From Macrostomum lignano (Eukaryota), in NCBI GenBank assembly GCA_002269645.1, contig NIVC01000254.1, positions 124,001 to 188,000 on the forward strand: DNA of 64,000 nucleotides, read 5' to 3'. Position numbers and translations under genes: made by a program. The notes beneath the pieces were generated by a model. The model saw nothing but the letters and a program-made list of their open reading frames with translations. It did not search any database and was not told the origin of the DNA. Below, one piece after another: positions 12,401 through 26,603 of the stretch (positions are counted from its first letter, which is position 1; every line of letters starts with the position of its first letter).

Positions 12401-13909
12401 TTAACCAATAGAAACGCGCCCAAGGAGTCGGTGTCCGCATGACATGTGCATAAGAAGAACGAAACAGCTTGTGGAATCTAAATAGGCTCCGCAGCAGATG
12501 ACAGAGTCACAGATGATATTATTGTATCTACTCCGTCCACACGCTTGACAATAGTTCACGTAGTTGAAACCATAGTCTGAAAGAGTGAAACTTCTCAACC
12601 GCTGCCCTGAGCTGCTCACAAAAACCACATTTCCATTAGTTTCGCAGACTGCAATAAATATAGAGCCAATAACAGCGATACAAAAGTTCTGACTGTCTAT
12701 CAGCTTCTTCACACCACCGGTGCCGATGTTTAATCGATGCACAGTTGATGGAGTAGCCAGAATTAAGCTGCGTCCTGAAGCTGTTACACTGCGAGCGTCC
12801 TTCACATGATCGGGCAGCGTCAAGCTCTGATGCAGCTCAAGCGACTCCAGAGAGAGGCAGTTCACGCAACCGTTGCTGAGAATGTACAGCTTCTCCATGT
12901 CATGAGTGAGGCTTATTGGAGCTTGGCACTGCACATTCTGGACACTTCGCAACTGGGTGCCAGTCAGGTCAGTCACAATTAGGGACTGATTGGTTCCAAG
13001 AAGAAATATCTGCTGAAGATGATCAACAAGTGTGCCTGAAGCTAGCTGCACTCCGTTGTTACCAACGTTCCACTGACTGATTATTTGCATGTCTGATCTA
13101 CAGACCATGAAAAACCAATACTGCGAATTATTAGCCACACAAAAAGTGCTTCCGCTAGGGAGAGCTTGAAATCCGTTTTGGTTTGTCTTCGTGACTGCTT
13201 GAGCTGAAAAATAGTATCCAGCAGTATTGCTACAAACAGCAGCAAGAAGATAGAATACATTGCTGGCCAAATTAGGAGACACCTTAACAGTGGGCACGGC
13301 AGACTCAAGTCTAGCTTTTAGTTTCTCACCGTCAGGATCCTCAGCCTCATCTGCGATAGTCTCAACAGCCTGTTGCAATCTCAGTACCTGGTGCACACTG
13401 TTGTCTACCGGATCGACAAACTCTTCTGATATCGGGGCATCCTCAAGCGAGATCTGGACCTCTTGATGCAGCCTGAATCCTTTAGTTGAAACACCTTTGG
13501 CTTCCTCCTCGCCGATATCGACCGAAAGTTTCTCTATGAAGCCGAGAGTTCTCAAGTTCTGCTCTACATTGTCTATTTTGGAGTCCAATCTGCTCATCAC
13601 ATTTTCTCTGCACTGCTGCAATCTCTGAAAGATTGCGTCAAACAGGTCAGCGGCCTCAGCTCTGTCGCTGGTCAGATCAAACAGAGCTCCCCTGTTTGCT
13701 TTCAACAGTTCATCTGTCTTCGATAATACCTCAGTGTTCTCTGATTTAACATCGGCGTATTTCTTTGCGAAAATCTTTTTATCTTTAGCGAGATGTCGCT
13801 CGCAGAGTTGCCCGCTCCAGTATATTCCAAGACCTGACGAAGGCTCTGTGCAATGCGTCATGGTGCACGTCTGTGCATCGGATTCTGCATCGACGCTATC
13901 GGTTGTCAT
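12401..13909 (-). CDS. Cluster gene A2: zinc motif - coiled coil - NHL-like beta-propeller (502 aa)
   Basis: Intact ORF with C15-x4-C-x15-C-x2-H, a heptad-rich helical region and blade motifs (VTDLTGTQLRSV, SSSGQRLRSF). A splice acceptor TTTTCTCTTTTCAG immediately precedes ctATG, indicating a 5'UTR intron. Confidence 0.9.
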   Translation of the reverse strand: MTTDSVDAESDAQTCTMTHCTEPSSGLGIYWSGQLCERHLAKDKKIFAKKYADVKSENTEVLSKTDELLKANRGALFDLTSDRAEAADLFDAIFQRLQQCRENVMSRLDSKIDNVEQNLRTLGFIEKLSVDIGEEEAKGVSTKGFRLHQEVQISLEDAPISEEFVDPVDNSVHQVLRLQQAVETIADEAEDPDGEKLKARLESAVPTVKVSPNLASNVFYLLAAVCSNTAGYYFSAQAVTKTNQNGFQALPSGSTFCVANNSQYWFFMVCRSDMQIISQWNVGNNGVQLASGTLVDHLQQIFLLGTNQSLIVTDLTGTQLRSVQNVQCQAPISLTHDMEKLYILSNGCVNCLSLESLELHQSLTLPDHVKDARSVTASGRSLILATPSTVHRLNIGTGGVKKLIDSQNFCIAVIGSIFIAVCETNGNVVFVSSSGQRLRSFTLSDYGFNYVNYCQACGRSRYNNIICDSVICCGAYLDSTSCFVLLMHMSCGHRLLGRVSIG

Positions 13910-14504
13910 AGCTGAAAAGAGAAAATATTAGCTACTGAGCATACGAGTAATACTAAAAATATATATAAAGACTAAATGCTAATCGCTGCTGAAGCTGTAA
14001 TAGAAGTGATTGTTGATAAAAAACGAATTGTCTATATATGCAAGCGCTTGGGCTTGCTACCATACCATGCTGTACTGCATCGGAACCTCTCATTGGTCAG
14101 TGCCTTCGGTTGGTATTGAGGTTGCACATATTTTTGCGTCTAGGAAAGCAAAAAAATAGTCATGATTTGATGGAAAGCATTGATTCGGTGTTGAGACGAT
14201 TAAGCTCCTCGGGAAGGGCTCAGTATTTCACAAAAATTCAGAGAGAGTTTTAGTAAATAAGATGCTTATAAATTGAAATTATCTAAAAATTTAGAAAGTA
14301 ATTAGCCTGACAGTTTTCATATCGTATAATCATGCGAATAATCACAGAAAGTGAAAATGAGTTACCTAGTACCTACCTAAAATGAGCTTACATAGATACT
14401 ATCCACCTAGCTCATATACTAAATATTTAAGATCTTTATGTTTACTAATATTCAAATAACTAAAAAATGGAGATAAAAACGTTTGAAAAATAAGAAACTT
14501 ATTT

Positions 14505-14519
14505 GTGACGCAATCCGCC
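14505..14519. promoter_or_regulatory. Conserved bZIP-type motif GTGACGCAATCCGCC upstream of A2
   Basis: Identical 15-mer at 27195 and 43385, with a one-mismatch copy at 9569. Confidence 0.45.
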
Positions 14520-15199
14520 GTTTATATTGTGGTTTAGAAAAACAAACTTAAAAACCTTGGAGACTGCGAAAGCATAGCAAAACTTACGAGTACTTGAGCA
14601 TGCAATGGCGGGTACAGCACGCCTGTGTAGCATGAGACAGACTAGGCCTACGGGCTAAGGTCTGCGATCCTACACACCTGCACCCCCTCTATTCTGGTGC
14701 AGGAATGGCAGGAGAACTCTCTCCAAGCTGACTCGCAAGCCGACCCAGGGGTTCACGCCCCGCATGTGTTCAAGGCAGCTCTAGGGCTGCTGGACTGACT
14801 GGGCTCCGGCGGCGGCAACCCATCCGTGGCCTGTTGGCCAAGTTGGGTACGGGCTCCGCCCGGAAGTGCACCTGTGCGTATCAGGTACCTCTGGCCACGG
14901 CTCTGAGGAACAGGTACCACCCTCTGACCTTAACAGGGTATGCGGCCAGCCGCAGGCTCCGGAGGCAGTCCTCCTGCTTCCCTCAAGGACCCAGTGTAGT
15001 ACCGTGCTGATGGTCCTTTGGTTCGGTCTCTGGTTTTTCCAAGCCGGGCTCTTAGCCGGGGAGTTTCTCGGTTGCTAGCGGTCGGGCCGGTACGGGCTTA
15101 AGCCACCCCCCGGTCGCTACCTCTTGGCCTGGTTGTTGGGTTTGGGGTTACGGCCCAGCGGCTTCTCACCTTTAGTCCCCACTCGCCTTTCAGCGACTC

Positions 15200-16662
15200 A
15201 TGGAGTATTCACTTACCTCCGACACGTCCGAGGCTGCTGGAGCACCAACCGAGGTTGGCACCGCGGCCCAGCCGGACATTCGCAACACCGGAACCCCCGG
15301 TGCCTCTCAATCTGCCGCTGCCGCCGCTCAGGATAATACCGGAGTGGCTGGACAAGACAGCGGACCTCAGATTTCAAAAAGAAGGCCCGTAGCATTGCTC
15401 GCTACAAAGCCTTTCTCCAGCGCAAAGCGGAGGAACGGAGGAATGCGAAAGCCGCCCCCCGGCCACCTCTGAGGAGGGTGCCGGTAACTCTGCGAACCCC
15501 GCGGAGGAGCCGACATCCGACAAGGGGGTGGACCCCGCGCGCCGGTCTGATGCGTCAGGTGCCGCCGAAGCTCCTGGTGCGGCTGGCCCCTCCCGTGACC
15601 GGACCTCTGCCCGTGTGGAAGCTCCCACGGCCGTGGAGGGATCCAAAGCGGGGGGCGCTGGCCAAACCACAAAGCCGAAGCGAACCTACGCGGCTATGGC
15701 CAAAAGGCAGCCGGCCCTGGTTATCCAAGGCCAGGAGACGCCTCTTACGGCCGAACAGCTCGACCTTATCTGGCGCAGGTTGGACTCCCACCTGGTCAAG
15801 ATGGCCTTGAGCGGCACTACCATTCGAGTCCAAAAGACGAAAGTCGAGGACCAAGCCCTCTATATCCAGCCCACCGACAGCCAGTCAGGACAGCAGCTCC
15901 TCGAGCTGCTGAAAACCTTCGACTGGGGCACGGAGCTGGAGAACCTGTTCATCTACAGGGAGGACGAGCGACCCCGGACACACCGGCACCGTGCCTGGAT
16001 CCCGGCTCGCAGCTGCATCACCAAGGCCGACGAGCTGCGTCACCTGCTAGTGGCTTCCAACCCGGAGCTACCGGCCAACGGTGTCGTAGTTCACGAGACC
16101 ATCTCCAAGCCAGGCGGAGACGGTTTCACGGCTATTCTTGGACTGTCGGATAGCTGGATGCTCCGCTACCCGGACATGTCCATCATCTCTGTCGGGCTGT
16201 TGCAGATTCAGCTCTTTAGCTTTGAGTCTGACGCCACCCGCCCACCGCCCCGGAGAAGCGTAAGCGGGCAGTCGGGGGCTCTGCCGGGCGGAAACGCCCA
16301 GGAAAAGAAGCTCCCGGCCGTCACGACCCCTCCGAGGACGTGGACCCTATCAGAGGGAAAGCCGCGAAAGCTGCAGCAACAGGCGGACGTGGGAAGGGCC
16401 GGAAACCCGCCCGGAACACTATCCGCTCTGGTCTGACTCAGCGCGCGAAACAGCTGCTGGACACCGCCAAGGCCCCCAACCGCAGCCACCACCAGCCCAG
16501 TGTCACCACTGCGGCCCCCCAGGAAAACCGGGCCGAGAGCGAGAATGCCGCCCAGGTAGCGACCCCGCCCTCGACCATGGAATCCATCCGGGAGGAGCCC
16601 ATGGAGCTGGAGCCTGGAGCTATCGGCGAGGCAGAAGAGGCAGCTCTCCTGCACAACTCGCC

Positions 16663-16666
<4 letters not shown>
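15200..16666 (+). CDS. LINE ORF1 (split by about three single-base frameshifts)
   Basis: ATG at 15200. Overlapping ORFs 15200..15472, 15528..16436 and 16340..16666 chain into one low-complexity/basic ORF1 upstream of ORF2. Confidence 0.7.
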
Positions 16667-20409
<3,743 letters not shown>

Positions 20410-21860
20410 CTGCCCGTGGTCGCCAGGGGTTAGCGAAATGGGCGGCAACGCCTCCTCGCTGTTTCCGGACGCACGGAGCCCCCTGCAGCTAAGTCAAGTC
20501 AAGTACGAGTACTTGAACAAAAAACAACAAAATTGCGTGGAAGTTCTTGAATAATAAGGCTAGCTATAAAAAACGAACTTTGATCGGCGCTAAATTTGAG
20601 CACTGGAAATTACAAATTTTGCAGATATTACGAGCTAACAGATTTTACTAACATAGAATTTCGAAATCCACAGCCAGAAGCCTGTTGCTTACCCATAAAA
20701 ATTTCTGGCGCGCAAGGATTTTTTAGGATCTATATGTGCACTTTATGTAGAGTTGCGGGATTAAAGTGTTGCTTGCAAAATTTAGGGAAGTGAGTTTTCG
20801 GTAATATAAAGTTATGCGATCTCAAACTTGGGCGTCGTTAAGGTTAGGCAATTTAACAAATTGAAAATTTGTGGTGTGAAAGCAACAACCTTCAGACATA
20901 AAGACAGTTACCTATTAACGGCACATTGTTCAAGAATCGAACGAAACTTTCCCCATGACTATCACTAATTTGAGTACTTTAACAGATCGTTATTGAAAGA
21001 GATATATGAAATTGACAAAAATTACACGTCATATAGCCTCAGAATTCTGGGTTTAGTGCTCAAATAGACAATAACTATTTCAATAATTTTTACAGAAAAA
21101 TAATAAAAGATTTTGAGACTTCTAGGCCAAAACTACATACTCGTATTTATGCATATCTATACGCCCGTATAATAGAAAAATATTCTAAACAACAATTGGG
21201 TACGTAAAAATAATAGCATAAACATTTAATAGTTTCCGACAGTAGTAAAGTAGAAAAATCTGTAGCATGTCTTGATGAATACTTTCGGAAAATTTTAGGA
21301 ATGCCAAAACCACATTGCCAGTATAAAAGTATGTTTTTACATTGGTAACACTTACATGGCAGCGGACATTAGGTTAGCTGATTTATCGTAAATTAGAGTG
21401 AGCAAACAAAAATACGATTGTAAGTATTAAAAAACCTCAAATACCAATCGTCTACTTCTGTTCTAAATTGGACGGCTCAATTTAAAAAAGCATAAGAGCT
21501 ATGCAGAAAGGTTGAAATGCTGAAATCAGATGGAATCTAAGCTTTATACTCATGCACACAGCCAGTAGCGTAGCCAAGGTCAAGAAGGGCTTAGAGTCCT
21601 GACAGAAAAGCTAATAGGAACATGAATTTCTAATAGCCAATGAACAACGCAAGTTTTTATAAGGTACAAAAACACTAAAGTTGTATGGACTATAAAAATT
21701 CCTATTAATCTTATTTGTACCGCCATTCAGCTATATCGGCTGTCTCAACACAAATCCAAGAGGATCGAACTAGAAATGTATTGACACTCCCTATCATCGA
21801 ATAAGTTTAAGACTCGGTAGCTCAGTTTTAAAAACTTTCACTATTTACAAAGTTTTAGTA

Positions 21861-22298
21861 CTAGTGGGCTGACTGACTTCTGATATCAACCCAAAGTTTC
21901 TCTGCACAGCTGAGAGACCTCTGGATCTGCTCCATATCTGCAATATTCGAGTCTAATCTACCAAGCACTTTCTCCCTGCACTCATTCACTCTTGCAATGA
22001 CATCGTCAAACAGGTCAGCCGCCTCAGCCCGGTCAGTCGTCAGCTCGAATTGAGCAGCTCTAGCGCGGTTTGTGAGCTGCGAGGCACTAGCGAGTATCGA
22101 ATCGGTTTCATTCTTAATGCTGGCGAACCGACTTTTAAACTGCTCTTTGTCACTATCCAGATGCTCAGCGCAGAGAGGCCCGTCCCAATAGTGTCCGCGG
22201 CCCGAAGCCGGGCTCTGGCAGTGGCTGAGGCTGCACAGTCGGCTTGCTGGTCGATCCTGCTCGTCGCTTGTTGCGCTTGATTTACGTTTTGTTGCCAT
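21861..22298 (-). CDS. Cluster gene B2: N-terminal-only member (zinc motif + coiled coil, 145 aa)
   Basis: Intact ATG-to-stop ORF with C-x4-C-x15-C-x2-H and DRAEAADLF…CRE. It ends after the first coiled-coil half. Confidence 0.75.
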   Translation of the reverse strand: MATKRKSSATSDEQDRPASRLCSLSHCQSPASGRGHYWDGPLCAEHLDSDKEQFKSRFASIKNETDSILASASQLTNRARAAQFELTTDRAEAADLFDDVIARVNECREKVLGRLDSNIADMEQIQRSLSCAEKLWVDIRSQSAH

Positions 22299-22546
22299 CG
22301 TTCAAGCATATATGGGCCCAGTTTTCAAAAAAGAAGTCCATGATATTGTTGTGTCAATCAAAAAACAAAATTTCAACCAGATTTTCCAAAAAATTGTCGG
22401 TACTTGTCACTTCATAATTTTCCTACACATTCACAGTTCTTAACCAGAAAGCAAACATAAAATAATTGAATTAATTTAAGCAAAACGAAGAACTGGTTCA
22501 GTCTGCTTAAAAAAATTAAAAAGTAAACGCAGAGACATTAAATATA

Positions 22547-22829
22547 CTCAGCAACATTGAAAAGTCGCCATTACAGAGGATTCCATCTGTGGTCGCCACT
22601 TTTGAGAGAGTGCAGTTAAAGTCTCTCAATCTTTGCGAGTGACGCAACTTAGCTACGCCACGCGGCAGACTTGAGTTGGGGAATGAAGTGGGGGGAGCGG
22701 TGTGCGAGGGTTGGACGGATTAAAGCTACCCCGATCAGTTTTATAGTATCTTTTATTTCATTCATTCAGATTAGTCCAAGAGAAATTGCTCACTGGTGCA
22801 TAGAGTGATAACTTTTCAATGTTGCTGAG
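22547..22829 (+). mobile_element. ~280-bp MITE, TA TSD (Tc1/mariner-like)
   Basis: TIR CTCAGCAACATTGAAAAGT / ACTTTTCAATGTTGCTGAG, flanked by TA. Confidence 0.85.
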
Positions 22830-23989
22830 TATAATATGTATATTTTAAAAAGTGCCTGCTATAACACAACAAAAGGCATACATGTAGTGTATGAGGATGA
22901 TATAATACATACTTCGTATGATGATACTATAGAGGATCATATACCACACAGCTGACGAGCCAAGTAAACTGAATTGTAAAATAAATTTACGATAAAACTG
23001 GGTACCAGTATAAGCTATCTTAGAAAAATATTCTAATTAAAGCTTACAAGCTAAAAGTAAACACTTACATGCTTTAATTGGTAGATATTGGTAGAATCAA
23101 TGTGCTATCTTTAATTTTAATATACAAATTTGACGGTAAGAAATTGTCTTTTTAAAAAACATTTTTTCTAATAAAAATGATGGAGCGTGGATTCATTACA
23201 GAGTAAAAGTATTGAAAGAAAAAGAGCCAAACAAAAGGAGACTAAGCCATTGAAGTGTTTTGAAATGGAAATTAGTATCAACATGAAATAAATCATTGCA
23301 CGATAACGAAGCACTGCCGCAGATGATAGATTGGCAGGTACTATTGTTTTTGAGCCCCATATATGCTAAACGTCCGTAGAGAAGTGTGACGATTGTCCAC
23401 AGTGTTGCAACCTATTTGAAACAATGACAAAAATCCTTGTCATTTTATCACGCGCATAATATTTCAATTCGACGCGTTCAATTAGCGATTTGCTTCACGT
23501 ACACACGGTTAGTTTGCCAGGCTGTCACCGACTCGATCGCTTGATCTACGACTAGTCGCTGGACTCTTTCTGCAGTTGCTTTTCTGTCTTTTTAAGAAGC
23601 ATAGCTGAAATGCGTAATTCGACAGACTGCCACCGATTGTCACTCAATAGATTGGTCACCTTTTAACTAGAGTTGATTACAAGTGTAATAGCTGATAACA
23701 GTGCATTACCGAAATTAGGTGAAGATAAACCAGCTTTAAAGGAAATCCGGTCAGTACTGTCTCCTTTTGAGATGTTTGACAGAATACTGTGTATTTTGGC
23801 TAAGTAAACTATAAAAAAGGTTTTGTCGAGAAAGCTGCACCAAAATAAATACAAGCGTAAAAGTAAACGATACCTGTAACAATAAAGAACTCAAATTTTG
23901 CAAAAAACAAGGTGTACCACAAATCTATCATTACTACAAGTGCAGGTAGCTACTTGAGATAATGCTGATACACTTTCTCGATAAATAAA

Positions 23990-24350
23990 AACCAAGCAAA
24001 CACTAGAAAGCTAATCTAAAACCAAGCTGAAATGGAACACAGAGCAACGCCCCGTACTAAACAGGTTATACGAGCATTCGATAGCTGGTCGGACTAGTTG
24101 CCTATAAACGCTGAAATATTCCGTCTGGGTCCCTCACTTTCAGGTCTCTAACAGCAGAGTGACCCTGATGCAAAAAAATCGGAATGGGATCGATGGTCAA
24201 AAACACGAAATTCTTCTGGTGAAGCCTAGCACGTAGCATCCCCAGCTTGGGATGTCCAGTATTCACCGTGTCTCACTACGGCAGTACGCAGCTGGGAGGG
24301 CAGCTACAAATCTTGTGTCCTAAAAGATGGAATATGGAACAAGCTGGATG
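23990..24350 (-). mobile_element. Possible decayed LINE RT C-terminal remnant (duplicate at ~30680-31040)
   Basis: Minus-strand frames give VRDLKVRDPDGIFQRL / RQLVRPAIEC, resembling the LYxxLVRPxLEY region of LINE RTs. Heavily broken. Confidence 0.35.
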
Positions 24351-24540
24351 ACACGAGAGTTATATAGTACTGCTTCGTACAATCTATTGGTTTATATGAG
24401 CAATTACTGATTACATTAGTAGCCCTGTTAGAAGAGTAGAGGCCCATGGGATTATCTGTGAACATATTTACTAACCATCGTTACTGCCAAATAAGTAATC
24501 TAAAAAACACCATTGCGCTTTATCACCTAAAGAAAATGTA

Positions 24541-24817
24541 CTGAGAAACATTGAAAAGTCGCCAATCTGTGCGCCAATGAGAGATTTCTCTTGGACTATT
24601 CTGAAATCTGAAATAAAAGACGCGAGAAACTGAGGGGTAGCTTTAATCAGTTCAACTCACATACACGGCTTCCCACACTTCATTCCTCAACCAAAGTCTG
24701 CCGCGTGGCGTCGCTAAGTTGCGTCAGTCGCACAGATTGAGATACTTTACCTGAATTCTCAAAAGTGGCGACCACAGACGGAATCTTCTGTGATGGCGAC
24801 TTTTCGATGTTGCTAAG
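24541..24817 (-). mobile_element. Same MITE family, opposite orientation
   Basis: Reverse complement aligns along 22547-22829. TA on both sides. Confidence 0.85.
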
Positions 24818-25085
24818 TATATAATTGTCAAGAAAACAACTACTAATTTTTTAAAAAGGGAATGGACCACGTATAAGAGATATATAAAAATTTGGGCGCG
24901 GTTAAAAACTTACCAAAAAACATACATCAGATTAAAACTGCATGCAAGCATAATAGTATAGGTAGCAACTAAAAACATTCTCCTTGTCTTTGATCAATTT
25001 TAAAGAGGGTCCTTAGTTAAATTATTCGAAATCATACCTTAATATAGTAAAAGTATCAGAACAAAACGAGCAAAAAGCTCCATGA

Positions 25086-26603
25086 TTAACCATAACCAAT
25101 AGAAATGCGCCCAAGGGATCGGTGTCCGCATGACATGGGCACAAGAAGAACGAAACAGCTTGTGGAATCTAGGTAGGCACCGCTGCAGATTATAGATTGC
25201 CAGATGGTATTGCAATTGCCCTGTCGACAAGTTTGGCAATAGTTTACGTAGTTGAAACCCGAGTTTGTCAGACTGAAACTTTTCAACCGCTGCCCTGAGC
25301 TGCTAAAAAAAACAGCATTTCCATTAGTTTCGAACACTGCAATCAATCCAGAGTCAATGACAGCGACACAAAAATTCTGACTGTCTATCAGCTTCTTCAC
25401 ACCACCGGTGCCGATGTTTAACCGATGCACAGTTGATGGAGTAGCCAGAATTAAGCTGCGTCCTGAAGCTGTTACACTGCGAGCGTCCTTCACATTATCG
25501 GGCAGCGTCAAGCTCTGCTGCAGCTCAAGCGACTCCAGAGAGAGGCAGTTCACGCAACCGTTGCTGAGAATGTACAGCTTCTCCATGTCATGAGTGAGGC
25601 TTATTGGAGGTTGGCACTGCATATTCTGGACACTTCGCAACTGGGTGCCAGTCAGGTCAGTCACAATTAGGGTCTGATTGGTTCCAAGAAGAAATATCTG
25701 CTGAAGACGATCTACAAATGTGCCTGAAGCTAGCTGCACTCCGTTGTTACCAACGTTCCACTGACTGATTATTTGCATGTCTGAATTACAGACCATGAAA
25801 AACCAATACTGCGAACTATTATGGTTACCCACACAAAAAGTGCTTCCGCTAGGGAGAGCTTGAAATCCGTTTTGGTTTGTCTTCCTGACTGCTAGAGCTG
25901 AGAAATAGTATCCAGTAGTGTTGCAGCAAACAGCAGCGAAAACATAGATTACATTGCAGGCCAAAATAGGCGCCACCTTAACAGTGGGCACGGCAGACTT
26001 AAGTCTACTTTCTCGTTTCTTATCCTCAGGATCCTCAGCCTCATCTGCAAAAGTCTCAACAGCTTGTTGCAATCTCAGTACCTGCTGCACACTGCTGTCC
26101 ACCGGATCGAGAAACTCTTCTGATATCGTGGCATCCTCAAGCGAGATCTGGACCTCTTGATGCAGCCTGAATCCTTTAGTTGAAACACCTTTGGCTTCCT
26201 CCTCGCCGATCTCGATCGCGAGTTTTTCTATGAAACTGAGAGCTCTCAAGTTCTGCTCCACATTGTCTATTTTGGAGTCCAATCTGCTCATCACATTTTC
26301 TCTGCACTGCTGCAATCTCTGAAAGATTGCGTCAAACAGATCAGCGGCCTCAGCTCTGTCGCTGGTCAGTTCAAACAGAGCTCCCCTGTTTGCTTTTAAC
26401 AGTTCATCTGTCTTCGATAATACCTCAGTGTTCTCTGATTTAACATCGGCGTATTTCTTTGCGAAAATCTTCTCATCTTTAGCGAGATGCCGCTCGCAGA
26501 GTTGCCCGCTCCAGTATATTCCAAGACCTGACGAAGGCTCTGTGCAATGCGTCATGGTGCACGTCTGTGCATCGGATTCTGCATCGACGCTATCGGTTGT
26601 CAT
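25086..26603 (-). CDS. Cluster gene A3 (505 aa)
   Basis: Intact ORF with the same architecture as A2 and a near-identical N-terminus. Confidence 0.9.
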   Translation of the reverse strand: MTTDSVDAESDAQTCTMTHCTEPSSGLGIYWSGQLCERHLAKDEKIFAKKYADVKSENTEVLSKTDELLKANRGALFELTSDRAEAADLFDAIFQRLQQCRENVMSRLDSKIDNVEQNLRALSFIEKLAIEIGEEEAKGVSTKGFRLHQEVQISLEDATISEEFLDPVDSSVQQVLRLQQAVETFADEAEDPEDKKRESRLKSAVPTVKVAPILACNVIYVFAAVCCNTTGYYFSALAVRKTNQNGFQALPSGSTFCVGNHNSSQYWFFMVCNSDMQIISQWNVGNNGVQLASGTFVDRLQQIFLLGTNQTLIVTDLTGTQLRSVQNMQCQPPISLTHDMEKLYILSNGCVNCLSLESLELQQSLTLPDNVKDARSVTASGRSLILATPSTVHRLNIGTGGVKKLIDSQNFCVAVIDSGLIAVFETNGNAVFFSSSGQRLKSFSLTNSGFNYVNYCQTCRQGNCNTIWQSIICSGAYLDSTSCFVLLVPMSCGHRSLGRISIGYG

